Shown: positions 1 to 13,145 of the stretch, in pieces
Position numbering within the stretch: the first letter of the stretch is position 1
Layout of the letters: every line of letters starts with the position of its first letter
Assembly: GCF_018350175.1 (NCBI RefSeq)
Contig: NC_058368.1
Span: 14,138,001 to 14,202,000, forward strand
Length of the DNA stretch: 64,000 bases
Reading direction: 5' to 3'
Origin: Felis catus
Lineage: Eukaryota
Notes under the pieces: generated by a model
What the model was told of the DNA's origin: nothing
What the model saw: the letters and a program-made list of their open reading frames with translations, nothing else
Database searches by the model: none
Translations under genes and position numbers: made by a program

Positions 1-1174
1 CCTATTGGGCATTCTCCTGATTTTCTGTTTTTAAATAATCTTTCAAAACACAGAAACAAACAACCAAAACAACAAAACTCTGAGGGCAGTTTTATAGAAT
101 TTACAGATGTTCATTTTGAAGAGATCTTAGAAATAGTCTGCCCTTCTTATTTTACAATGAATAAACTTATAAAAAGTCTGAGTAATACAAGTAGCCAACA
201 ATTTACTAAGTATCTACTTTATATGGGAACTGCAAATATTTTACCTATGTATCTTATTTTCTTCTTCAACATGACTTTATTAAGACCTATTATTCCTGTT
301 ATACCTAGATTATATCAATTTTTCAAGGTCACCATGTAGAATTTAATAACATTTTATTATATGCGGAACTCCATTATATTAACATTTGCATAATGACATT
401 TGATAGGCATTTAATATTTTAAAGATGGTTTTCTATTTTAATTGGTAATATCATATACGTATTTCACACCTGTATATATTTTAACTGCTGTAGTGTTCAT
501 AAATTGAAATTTATATTTATTCACAAAAAATGAATATGAGTATTCCAAAATAATTGTTCTCAAAGGCACATATAGGCTAAATTCTTGCGGAGCATTATTT
601 TCTTACTAAATTATTTATCCTTTTGAAATTATTATTTGGCGTACTTTTTGCTATTGACTTCAGAATTTTGGTATAATATGTGTGTGATTTTAAATATAAT
701 TTAAAAATAATATCTTCAGTTGGTTTAAATATTTCAGTTAGATATTATTGGTTATTGAAATGCAAAAAGGTATACAATGACTTCATATTTTTAAAGATAA
801 CATTAGGGAAGCATAAGAATGTCTCGTCTCATTGGTTGCTAACACTGAAAGGCTGGAGGGGAATTTCATATTATTTATAAGCTGCTATAAGAAATTGTTG
901 CGGGTACTATTTCTCTGTGCTTTTAAAGAAATCAATTTTGAAATGCCAAGTGGCTTATAAAAGAAACAGGGTTCTGCTATGCTTCTTGAACAAAATGACA
1001 GGTGTACATGGATGATATGTTTTAATCCAGTAGTTGTTATGCACCTTCATTTAGCAGACTTTTTGTCTCTCACAGGCTTTATATTCTTTATTCTAATATG
1101 TGAGAATATTTTATTAAATATGCTGGATTTTCGCTTGTGAAGCTTTTTGTTTAAACCAGTTTCTTTTATTACAG

Positions 1175-1613
1175 AAACACCTGCTACATTTCCAGACACT
1201 ATAAAGGAAAAAGAAACACCAACCCCTGGTGAAGATATTCAGCTAGAAAGTTCTATTCCACATACAGATTCGGGAATCGGAGAGGAGCAAGTGGCTAGCA
1301 TCCTGAATGGGGCAGAATTAGAGCCCGGCACAGGCCCTGATGCCATGAGTGAGCTGTTATCTACTTTGTCATCAGAAGTGAAAAAATCACAGGAAAGCTT
1401 AACGGAGAACCCCAGTGAACTGTTGAAACCTGCACCATCCATATCTAGCATTAGTCAAACCAAAGGCATCAATGTCAAGGAAATACTGAAAAGTCTTGTG
1501 GCTGCCCCAGTCGAAATTGCAGAATGTGGCCCTGAACCTATCCCATATCCAGATCCAGCATTGAAGAGAGAAGCGCAAGCTATTCTTCCTATGCAGTTTC
1601 ATTCCTTTGACAG
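1175..1613 (+). CDS. NBEA: Neurobeachin internal coding exon A (439 bp, phase 1 to phase 2)
   Basis: Acceptor ttcttttattacag| and donor AG|gtaggt. Translates (E)TPATFPDTIKEKETPTPGEDIQLESSIPHTDSGIGEEQ...GINVKEILKSLVAAP...PMQFHSFD(R), which I recognise as the NBEA central region; the paralog LRBA differs here. Confidence 0.96.
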
Positions 1614-1846
1614 GTAGGTACTTAACTGATTATTCACAGGATTCTAAATAAGGACTTTATTAATTGAAAACTATTCAGACGATCTTGAAAACCTTATATT
1701 TAGTAATGTAAATTCTGACTGTAAAGAATATCAAAGCGCTAGGCCAACCAGATTGATCTCATACATAGTAAGGCATTTAATAATACATCTCTAAAAAGGA
1801 GTTTTAATATGATATGCAGGATGGCGCACTAAATTAGAAATAGGGA

Positions 1847-2050
1847 GGGGTGCCTGGGGGCTCACTGGGTTAAACATCCGACTTTGGCTCAGGTCATGGG
1901 TTCATGCCCCATGTCCAGCTCTATGCTGACAGCTAGGGGCCTGGAGCCTGCTTCTGATTGATTCTGTGTCTCCCTGTCTCTCTCTGCCCCTCCCCCGCTC
2001 ACACTCTGTCTCTCTCAAAAATAAATAAATATTAAAAAAAAATTTTTTTA
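1847..2050 (+). mobile_element. CanSINE (feliform SINEC), older, with internal deletion
   Basis: ggggtgcctgg head, (CT)n region, A tail, degenerate TSD aatt..aaataggga. Confidence 0.9.
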
Positions 2051-3779
2051 ATTGCAAATAGGGAAATCCAGATTCTGATTCCATCATCAAGTGACTACAC
2101 TGTATTGAGGAAATGATTTTATCTTTTTGGACTTAATTGTTTCATAGACAAAAGGTGGAAGGGATACGCCATATCTCTTCAAGGTCTAGTCTGGCTCTGA
2201 AATTCCTTTATCATAGTATTGAAAACTGTAATAATTATTGGAGATTAAATAGCTTCAAGTAATAAAATTCAAATTTGAGTTTTAAATGCAAGTATATGGA
2301 AAAAATTTAAAATATTCATTATCACCTTCGTTATGTAATTTTCAGGATAAATGTAACATGGCCCATATATCTACATTCAATCATACAAGGCATTTTTAGT
2401 TGGGAACAACGAATTTTTTTTCTGTTCCACTATATATGCCATTAAAATGATAGTTCACAAGCAGGATAAAACATTTTAGAAGCAAAGAATTTGTTGATGT
2501 AATTTATCCTACTATTTAATAACTCATGCAGTATTAGAAAAATATTTTAGAATGGTCATGATTACTAAGAATAGTACTTAAATTTGATACTGGGATGGAT
2601 GCATATTTACATATCAGCATATAAACTAAAGAATGTGTTTACCATCTGAATTAAGTTGTTTTTGATGTTAAAAACACTCCTCCCCCCCCCCCCCCGCCCC
2701 AAATCTATACATGTGTGTGAGATGATTGGTAAACAATTGTTTTTTGTTTTAGAAAAGATCAAGTTAGGAAATCAAATGTTTCTTAAACTGGAATGTCATA
2801 AATAAATATATAGTCAAAATATAATACCTCTTATGTATTACTTTTTCCAAAATAGCCAAAGTGCTTTGTCCAAATTTGAGATAGTAATTTTTTGGTGTTT
2901 AGGGGGCAGAGGTGTGGCAGTAAAGCCATTTGCAGTTAAGACAAATTATCTTTCTCATATATAAATATAACGTAAACTTTACCTTTAAACACTTTAACCA
3001 CTGTTGTATAGATATTTCTTGAAAATTTACTATGAAAATGTAAATAGCATTAGTCATCATGACACATATAAAGATGGGTAAAGACAGTGTTGTCTACATT
3101 GAAATTACAGAATAGTAAATGGAGATGAAATGTTTGCAAGAAAAATTTTCATACAAGATAAAGTGTGTTGAGTGTCAGAATTTTTAGTAAACTAAAAAAG
3201 GGGGGCTATAAAATGTAGGAAATATTTTTTAATGGTTTATGTTAATATTATATTTGGATGTTCATTCATATAGTTCCTTGGATGTTCCTTATGCCATTTC
3301 ATATTGATATCCTCTATTTTGCCTATTTAGTTTATGTTCCCAGGTTATATAGTGTATGTGTGTTTATGAGTATATGTAAACATATGCATGTAAGTATCTG
3401 TAATTGTATACATCTATAAAATTGTTATAACTTAATTTAGGGTTATAAAATTTTGTGTTCCGCTTTTAAATTATATATTTAAATTTTCTTAAAATACAAA
3501 ACAGTAAGTACAGAGAATTATTGTGATTTGCATAAGAGAATCCAATGAAATAAAAATTAATTTAAATATCTTTGTTTTAATTTGGATTATTGTTAGAACA
3601 GTTTTTTCATTAAAACTTAACCGAGCTATCACTTGAGTGCCAATATTCTCAGCTACTCAGAATTTATTACACTTTTGTGAGTATGGCTTTAAAAAAATAG
3701 AACTTTCCATTTGTTCTTGGTAGCATTTGTGCAAAGTGCAATGGGAGTGGAATCATTATTCTAAATTGCATAAGTAGAA

Positions 3780-4330
3780 ATGAAATCGAGGCACACAAAG
3801 CATATTTCAATTCTTTTTAGGAAAAGGGTCTCTAGTGTAGTTAATATATGCAGTAGCTCAAGTACTATCAAATGTAAATGATGAGGTGATATTGATGAAA
3901 GGAGGGGATTGAGGTCTCAGGGGGCGCTGATGACGGATTGAACAGAAGCGGCCTTGCACTGCACGTAACTCAAGTCTGTCGTCTTCACTGCTCAAAGCCA
4001 TAATGGGAGGTGGCAGTCTGAAATGAGTTGCCACGGCAAAGAGTATTATTTTTGAAATGCTTTCACACAAATCACTAGGCCCTGCATACAACTTAGTTTC
4101 ATGCTTTAATGTCATCAGGAGGCACAAATTGGTGTGTCTAATTGTTTGCCACCTGCCAGCAAAATGAGCTGCCAGCCAGCCAGACGGGTTTGATTGTCTG
4201 TCAGCCATTCAATAGATTGAGAGTGACAACATCAAAAATTTTACTTCAAACTCTAGAGCTTTGAGCAGCTTTTCAGAGACATCATCCCCACAAGTGCTTC
4301 TGGACAACTGCATTTTTCAATTATATTTCC
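3780..4330. promoter_or_regulatory. Candidate conserved non-coding / enhancer-like element
   Basis: Non-repetitive, GC-richer island with retained CpGs in an AT-rich intron. Motifs: CAGGGGGCGCT (3918-3928), TAATTG, CACCTG, TGATTG-T-CTGTCA. Conservation not verified. Confidence 0.4.
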
Positions 4331-5583
4331 GATATATTGCTACCATTTGCCTTATCTGTCTTAAGGTACCTATAATTATATTATGAAGTATATAAACATA
4401 TTTCTGAAGCACTAAAGTCTGAAATCCAAGTTATAACATGTCTTTTAACATCAGATTGAATTCCTTGAAAATAGGATCCAAGATGACAGGCCTTAGAAGC
4501 AAAGTCCTGAATACTACCAGTTTCAAACACAGAATTATCATGGGTCTCACCCTACCAATAACGTGTTTTTCATTTTTATCTTTAGTTGGAAAATAGCTAT
4601 AGACTCAGTTGCTCGTTTCTTTGTAACTAGATCATACTTCCTAATAACACTGTGTAATCCCAGTGGAGATCACCTAGGATTTTACTTTTGTTAGCCAATA
4701 GTTTTTTGGTTTTATTGCAAACATGCTAACAATGTATTCCTTATACTCATTCTATACTGTAAATTGGAGAATAGCTTCCTAAAACTGATGTAATTTGAGT
4801 TATATTAACTTATGTTCCACATGGGGTGTTTCTCCCCACTTGGGATGTAGCATTTATGAATTTCAGTTGTGAATTTTATACTATTATTTTCTTTAGGTAG
4901 ATTACAACATCAAATTTTAGAAACATTTAGATTTACCTAACATAAAACATTTTCTGTCAGTATTATTTTACCAGATTGTATTATGAGATATTATATAAAT
5001 ATTCTTATCTATGTATCTGGAAAGTGCTGATTCTTTTTCTCTCATTTCTTCCAGTCATCATCTGTGCACGTTTACGTATATGTCGGATTATACACTTGAG
5101 TGGCCCTAGCAAATGTGTATCTATGAATTGTAAAGCACTAAAACTGCTAGAGATTCTCTAGTTCTGTTTTATAGTGAAGAAATACTATGTATATGGAGGA
5201 AATACGATTATGAAATGACAACATTATCATGGTTTTATTTCTAACAGAAGCGCTTTAATAATCATAGAACACACAAGTCAAGTTACCAAGTTCTCCAACA
5301 ATAGTGTCTCTTTTGATAGATCTAAATATAGATCTGTAGTCATAAAACATTCTAGCTGAGCTATATTTCTTCCGCATTAGTGCCTGTGTAACTTTTAGGT
5401 TGGGGTAATGCTTTTCTCTAAAACCACCGATTAAGCTTTATCCTATCTTTTATGTTAAAATGTAATTTTGTATATCCACATGATTTTAATCTTTTGAGAA
5501 CTTAGTATATATCTGTGATTTAGATCAGTCTTAATTCCCCAGGGATTTCTAAGATTATTTTCCCCCCTCTAAGTTGGACAAAA

Positions 5584-5584
<1 letters not shown>

Positions 5585-5633
<49 letters not shown>
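5585..5633. repeat. (AC)24 microsatellite
   Basis: Perfect dinucleotide run. Confidence 0.98.
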
Positions 5634-5635
<2 letters not shown>

Positions 5636-7769
5636 GGCAGAGGACAATATGCTTCTCCATACATTTTAACTGTTACTATGTTTTAGAAAATTGTTTTATG
5701 CCTAGGATATCACATAAAACTTACAATTGTATTACTTCTCTAACAAACATTGATCTTACATGTTTATATTTCATCCCTTTTGATTGTATAATCCCACTTA
5801 TGTTTGAATTACTAGGTTGGATAAGTTTGGGCAAACGAGTCTGTATATTTTCTCCCTAAAACTTTCAATTTCCTTGCTTGCAAGTGTTTTATTCTCTGAA
5901 AAAGAAAATCTCTAAAATACAAATTAAAAAAAGCAAGATCGATAGCCTTCATATTATTAAACCTAAAGTACAAGGTGAGGCCAGCTATTTTCTCGCTAGC
6001 TTTTTAAAATTAACCTTTTTAACATTAGTGCTAAAGATGACAGTTTAGGAAAGATAATAAAAAATATGTTTGCTAGACATGATGGGATCTTCCTAAATTG
6101 GTTTAAATTTATAAGAAATTGTAATCACTGCTGAGGACTTCAATTTCTGTTCCTATAGTCTCCTAATTTTTGTGAAGTGTTTTGCTTGTATCACTTAAAA
6201 GATGAACAAGTAATTTTAAGCCAAATTGATTAAAAGTCTGCCAGCCTTTACATTTTGAAGTTTCTGTGTTATCTAGCTACTGAAATTCCAGCTTTTATTA
6301 TTCTCCAAGTGTCCTGGGTATGTTATTTTAAGGCCAAGTGCTAGAAGATGCCGTTTTGACCGAGCATGATTATATCCTAATATCCCCAATGTTGTTGCTT
6401 TTGTCTCCTCTGGCATTTACACAGACAATTCAGTGAACTGAAAAAAGTATCTCTCTTTAAAGGGTAGGTTAATGGGATACTCAATTATTTCTTATACACA
6501 TTTTTTCATTGGAATTCTAAATATTTTATACAATAGAGGCATATAAAGCATGAAAATATCATAGCAGTAACCTTGTGATTTCTGATGAGCTACAATAAAT
6601 TGTAATATTGCCCTAAAATCAGTAGTAAATTGTTTTTTTCCTAAGCTTCAGCTTTCTCTTTCAAGATAAATGTTTAACATTTATATTAGCCTTGTTAGGG
6701 AAGAGTGCTAATCTTAAAATTAGGGAAACTGGGTATTAATAATCAATCTGTTTGTAATTAGTTGTGTGATGTGACTTTTATTCTCTTTGGTTCTCTGGGA
6801 CTCAGTTTCTCAGCATGTAAAATGATGCATTATTTCTTTGAAAAATCCCATAAATTTCCAAAATCCTATAATAAATGATGACCTTGTAATAGTCTCACAA
6901 AAAGTAGCAGGTACTTATTGTTGACTTTGGTTAAAAACTTGAATCCTAGAAAAGATAGGACATGTCCATTCCCAAAGCTATCACCTCACTTTAGGCCCTC
7001 AGTATCTCTCAAGTGGATTCTTTCTGTTACCGCCTAACCGGCCTCATGATTTCCAGGTGCCCTTCCGCCTTTCCAATATATTTTCCACAATTATGCCAGA
7101 CTCAGTTTCCTTAAATGAAAAACTGACTAAAAATTCTGAAATAACTTTTACTTACCACAAAATAAAAGGTGAACTTCTTAGTTTGGAATGTCCTCACATT
7201 TTACTAGTCATAAGATCTGTTTTTTAGTCTGCTTAGTCTATTATGTTTTTTTCCTATCTCTTTGCCTCACTAAAGTTTTACTATTGAATTTTTCTCCTCT
7301 TGGCTAATTCCCATTGATACTTTTAGCTTCAGCTCACTGTTCCATGATAACGCACATACTTTAGTTCCTGAAAGATCCTGTGCATAACTGATCAGAGCAA
7401 CTAATGAAATATATTGCACAGTTGATTTGTTGTTTTCTTGTATTTCCTCCAAGTATCTCTAAGGCATGGGTTATGTCTTACTTTCTTTTTATCCTTCAAA
7501 CTTGTCAGTGAAGTATTCCTTTAACCTGTCAGTGCTCAGTAAGTGTAAAAGAGAAGGGAAAGGGAGCAGAAGAAAGAAAGGGATCCTTGTAGGGTGCCAC
7601 AAATGATTATAAAACCAATTTGCCTTGATGAGTCACTGTTGAAAATCCCTTATCTTCACTATGTCACTTTATACATAGGATACATTTTGAAGTATACTGA
7701 TAAGGTAGTAACCTTTTTACAAAATTCACAGAACTGATTAATGGGTACCCCAAGATTCTGTCCTTGAAC

Positions 7770-9062
7770 TATTTCTCCTATCCATTTGCACTCATTTCTT
7801 TGGTGATTTCATTCGCTTTCCTGGCATTAAGTAGAATATGCGCTGATGATTCTGAAATTTATGTCTCACCCTAGTCCTCTCTCCTAAACTAGAGACTTAG
7901 CTCTCCAGCTGCTTATTCAGCATCACTATTTGGGTGATTAATAACTGCTCCAACCATATTTGTCCCTATCTTAGCTAATGGCAGCTCTTCCCTTCATGTT
8001 GCTTAAGGAAAAAACTCTTTACATCATCTTTGACTTTTCTCTCACACCCAATCCAGTCTTCTGCAAATCCTGTTTGCTCTGCTTTCTTAATATAGTCAAA
8101 ATTTGCTTTTTCACCACTTTTATTTTGCCATTCTGATCCTAACTACCATCATTTCTTGCTTGATTATTATAGTAAACCCCTAAGTAAGTCTTCCTCCACT
8201 TGCCACTCCCTTTAAGTTTATTCTCAATACAACAGCCAGGATGGTCCTGCTTAATCTAAGATCATATTTTCTCCTTGTTCATAAGCTTTCAAAGGCTTCT
8301 GATCCCACTCTGAGAAAACCCCGATGTCTTTACAATGGACTACAGGACCCATGATCTGAGCCCCTTTTGCTTCTCTAGTCTCATCTCTTTTTTTTTTTAA
8401 TTTTTTTTTCAACGTTTATTTATTTTTGGGACAGAGAGAGACAGAGCATGAACGGGGGAGGGGCAGAGAGAGAGGGAGACACAGAATCGGAAACAGGCTC
8501 CAGGCTCTGAGCCATCAGCCCAGAGCCTGACGTGGGGCTCGAACTCACGGACCGCGAGATCGTGACCTGGCTGAAGTCGGACGCTTAACCGACTGCGCCA
8601 CCCAGGCGCCCCTCTAGTCTCATCTCTTAATAAGTCTCCACATCTTCTAGATTCATACTAGCCTTCTTCCTGCTCTCTTTGCCTGTGACACTTTTATTCT
8701 CTTCCCTGAATGTCTTCATAGTTTGCTCCTTCCCCCTTCAGTGTTTCCTGAAATGCTACTTTATTTAGTGAGTCCTTTCTTAGCCACCCTTCTAGTAATT
8801 CTCCTTATTTCTGTCTCCGTTTTATTGTTTTCACAGCATATACTGTATACTATATTTCCCATATACTATATTTACTCCCATATACTATATTTACTCATTC
8901 ATGTTACTGTATCTTCTCTCTTTCCCTATTGGAATGTAAGTTCCATGAAGGCAGAGATTTTGTCTCTTCTATATATCACTATATCTAAGACTTTAGAACC
9001 ACCTCTCATGCATCATAGTGCTCAATACAATAAATATTTGTTTAATGAAAGAATGAATGAAT
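7770..9062 (+). mobile_element. L2 LINE 3' portion, interrupted by a young SINE
   Basis: Degenerate RT YADD-like gctgatgat at ~7842, CT-rich body, typical L2 end tgctcaat...aaatatttg...gaatgaatgaa. Confidence 0.8.
8390..8612 (-). mobile_element. Young felid CanSINE (SINEC_Fc type)
   Basis: CpG-rich with intact A/B boxes. Perfect 16-bp TSD tctagtctcatctctt at 8374-8389 and 8613-8628. Confidence 0.97.
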
Positions 9063-10319
9063 CGTAGGTCACACCCCCCAAATCTTTGCATTTGGGATAG
9101 GATGAATTCAAAGACAGAAAAATTTACACTTATATGTGTTATATATCACTCAATGTATTACAAAACATAGTTAACTCCTCAATGGAATATTTTGTTGAAG
9201 TGAGTTAGACTGAATAATTTCTTGGCTTGTGCTATTTTGATGATAACGTTTACAATCTTGGAATATGTGTGAGTTTTATGTAGTACAAAAAATCATCTAC
9301 TTTATAGTTTGCAGTCTTAAGGTATGGAACAGAAATGTGAAATTGTGTGGAAAAACATGGAAAGAATTTTCTTAAGATAGAAAAATGCAGTTGGTAAAGT
9401 GTGTGTAGTACAGAGGATTGTAAGTATGCATCTGTGTGAATAGCAGATCTAGAAGGAAAGTGGAATATGTTAATAGTTTAGATTAATAGCTCTTGACTCT
9501 GTGGCTATATTTTTGAAATACAGGTAAGAATTATATGTTCACCCTATAAAAAGGGTACGCACTTCAAATTTTGTGTCTATTTAGGGTATGTATTCGGGTA
9601 CCCGTTAGACTCAAAATGGGTAACCCCAGTGGTTACATAGACTACTAGGGAAGCCTTTTAATGTAGGTAGAACTGGTCAACATGTTGAGTAATAATGTGA
9701 TAGAAAATTTTGTAAGAGCTGAAAATGTCAGTTTTCACATATAAGTAATTGCAAATATATAATATTCCACAAAATGAATGTGTTATGAACACATTGACAA
9801 GTGTACAGTTTCAAATTATTTGTCAAAATAGACTGTTAGGACAGAGAATGGCTTGAGGTATTAAGGAATGGGTAGTGTCGATGAAGAAATTATATTAAGG
9901 ATAAGAATGTACAGTACTCTGATTCTAGTAAACAATCTGGCCATTATAATCAATGGAGAAATAGTGGACTGCTTAAAGTTGTAGGCTGAGAAAGAGGAAT
10001 TAGTCAAATCCAGAGTCCCACCTCTCTCAACACAGCCCTGGTGACATCATCATCCTAGTCATGAACAAACACATCAGTAGTTGGAAATGGAAGCTCATAA
10101 AATTTCCTAGAGATTCTTCCTCCTGTTGGCCTTAATTTGATATGGAGATGTATAGGTGTTTCCTCTTTTATCCTTTGCATATACACATAGGATATATATG
10201 AAATATGTATGTGTGTGTGTGTGTGTATAAAACATTCCTTCAGATTTTTAAAAATTGCTGTAATTTTTTTATACCTTTTCACTATTATTTTCTAGTTTCT
10301 CAGCCTTCCCTCACATGAC

Positions 10320-10522
10320 TTATTTTCTAGATCTGCTGTCATCCTAACTATTCTCTTATGGACATGATGCTGTTTATCATTATTCTTGAAATGTGATACC
10401 TAAAACAGCACCTAGGGTTTTGTTTATGAGGTCTGACAATCACAAAGCATGTGCTTCTTTCATATTGCCTACTGTTGCTGATGCAGACCCAGACTGCATC
10501 AGCACTTTGGGGAGCCATAGCA
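10320..10522 (-). mobile_element. CR1/L3 LINE fragment
   Basis: Resembles L3 antisense: aaatgtgatacc...ggtctgac...atgcagacccagactgcatcagc...gccatagca. Confidence 0.55.
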
Positions 10523-10524
10523 AT

Positions 10525-10790
10525 ACTAACGATAGCTAAAATGTATTGATCACTTATGATATTTCAGGCAAAGTGCTAAATATTTTATATGTATTATATT
10601 CTTTTATCTTTTTTAACAATATTATGAAGTACAAACAATCATGAGTCTCATTTTAAAGGTGAGGAGAATGGAGCATAGAGAGATTTACTTGCCTAATACC
10701 ACACGGCTAGTAATTGTTGGAGGTAGAATTCTAACTCAGGTCTGTAGGTCATTAAAAAATGGGTTTTTAGTCACTCACTGTGCTACTGTA
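10525..10790 (-). mobile_element. MIR SINE
   Basis: ctcattttaaaggtgaggagaatggagcatagagag...acttgcc...cacacggctagt core. Confidence 0.75.
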
Positions 10791-12990
10791 TTTATATGTT
10801 GCACTAGCAGACTTTACTGTGAATGAATGGAGGCTTTTATAGTTTTCAGTTTTTTTGTAGTTTGGGATTAATGTTGTTTGCATTTTTTTACAAGCCATCA
10901 CTACAGGTTGTTGAGATTAATTTTTTTTCCTTTATTCATATAACTAATTTTTCTCAATATATTTTGAATAGTCTCAGCACTTGACAAGATGCCTATTAGT
11001 AGTTTGTTGTAGAGTTTTTGCCCAAAGTTGGTAATGACCTATTAAGTGAGAATTTTTGGTAACAGCTTTCCTATGATCTACAGATCTGTCTCACAACACT
11101 ATAAACCAGCCTGTGTTTCTTATTTTATCCCCAGGGATTTTAATGAGTTGTAGAAAAAATGTATTATAGTTACTAATGACTTTTTTCAAATCAAGAATTG
11201 ATTTGGATAGCCAGTGAAATAGTGCATCTCAACATTAGTTTAGGAGTTTAGAGAAGAGTTTTGATGATAAACCCAAAATACTAGTTTGTTTTTTTTTCTA
11301 TTCATAGATGAGTATAACTTGATACCTTACATGATGTAGGCAGAGAATTATTTCACTTTACCCAATGGTAATAATTACTAACATCTATAAGACATCTTAT
11401 ACTTGAAAAACCCTTTTAAATATATTCTAATTTAATTTCCCCAGTTATAGGTAAATGGCATTCATCTTGCCATTTTTGCAATAAGAAACTGAAATTTAAA
11501 ATCACACAACTTGAGAGTGATTTAGATCTCAAGACTTAGTCTTCTCCCTCCACATCCTGTATTCTTTCCATAATGTTAAACTGCTTCTCAGTGTTATAAA
11601 TGAAGGCATTAGATGAGGAATGGCCAGTGAAGGAGTTGAAAACATAAAGTGTGCCTTTGGTAATTAAATACGATATAATTGAGAGTTCAAGGTTGAGTCT
11701 AATGAATTAGACTCCACCCATAAAAAGAAAAGAAGAAAAAATACAGAAAGGGATAATGAAGAAATTTTTGACATAGTAAAATTATTTAAGATTATAATAC
11801 TTTCGTCACAAAAATGTTTTAAGTACTCCTAAAATTGATAGTAATAATTCTTATAAATTTAGATTTTTGACATTGAAGAAATCCTTAAAGACATCAACAT
11901 AAGTGTTTCTATGAAAAAAAAAGTTTTTAAGGAAATTTAAGCCATAGACTTACTAGAGAATGAGCCATTGATATAATTTCTTTTAAGTAGAGATTTTTAA
12001 TGGGAAAATTAAAAAAAATAAATGTATATAGGTACATTAAAAAGAACTGGTTTAGATTGAAGAATTTTGTACTGTCAATCACTAGCTATCAAAGCATTAC
12101 ATTTGAGCTGACAACATCTTATACAACCACTTTCTAGATGAAAAGTTCAATGATGGTTGAGTAACCCTGGTAAGTATTTTTTCTTTGAAACCTCAGTGGT
12201 ATAAACTTTGAGAAGAATGAAGTTTCACTACTTGGAAATAAAGATATTTATTTTGCTAGATAGTTTATCTTTTTAAATGACTGTTATTTATTATTTAAGG
12301 TTAACACAATGTCAAGTTCAGAAATTTTTTTGTGAAATTTATCTAAATATGCTAAAAAAACATGGGACACTCCTGTGTTCAAAATGTCAAGGCCTAAAAG
12401 ATCTTTAACTGAGTGTCTTATGTATCATCTTAGTTCCTTTTCATTATAACAATTGTGAAAAACAACTAAGTTTTTTTCAGAAAAATAAAGTATAATTTTA
12501 CTATGCTGTTAGATGTTACTCAGTATTCCTTGGTTCATTTTTAGGTTTACTATGAAGAAGCTTCAGAATTTGGCTTTCAGAATGTTTTTTTATGTTTTTA
12601 TGACAACTTTACACATGGAGAATATAGTACAGATAAGAAGGATATTTTATGCATATTTTCCAAAAAAAACCCCTGCGTATGCAAAATATTCTAACTTGAG
12701 TACACATTTTTCCAGTTTTTCCAGATTCATGATTATAGCCAATGCCATCTTAAGAAAGGTTTGCAAACTCCAGATTCTACATAAACATTTGCCAAATGAA
12801 TTAAAGTCAACACACTTCACAGTATATCCTAATTTTCATAACCTTTTCACCATTGAAATTGGGCTCAGAAGTTAAAGAAAAAGAAAGAAAAGACAATTGA
12901 ATGGTGACTATATATATAATCTGCCACAGCAAGTTTGGATTTCATCTTAAGCGTTGTGTTTGTTATTTTCCATCACTTCTTTCTTTGCAG

Positions 12991-13145
12991 GAGTGTCGTG
13001 GTGCCTGTTAAGAAACCACCTCCCGGTAGTTTGGCTGTAACCACTGTGGGAGCCACTGCTGCTGGAAGTGGGCTGACAACAGGCAGTACCTCCAATATAT
13101 TTGCTGCTACTGGAGCTACACCAAAAAGTATGATTAATACAACAG
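12991..13145 (+). CDS. NBEA: Neurobeachin internal coding exon B (155 bp, phase 2 to phase 1)
   Basis: Acceptor cttctttctttgcag| and donor G|gtattg. Encodes SVVVPVKKPPPGSLAVTTVGATAAGSGLTTGSTSNIFAATGATPKSMINTT. AG+G completes the Arg codon from exon A. Confidence 0.96.

Noticed and set aside
1147..1174. N-terminal extension of ORF 1147-1617 (and the flanks of ORF 12935-13237)
   Set aside because: These residues are intronic read-through beyond the splice sites, and the TTG starts are artefacts of the ORF caller.
3878..3930. C/D-box snoRNA-like pair (ATGATGA at 3878, CTGA at 3927)
   Set aside because: Span is only ~53 nt, with no convincing terminal stem and no recognisable rRNA/snRNA guide.
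3858..4208. 116-aa antisense ORF (MADRQSNPSG...) spanning the GC-richer island
   Set aside because: No recognisable protein similarity and no promoter or splice context. Longer ORFs arise by chance in GC-richer sequence. PhyloCSF or ribosome profiling would be needed to revive it.
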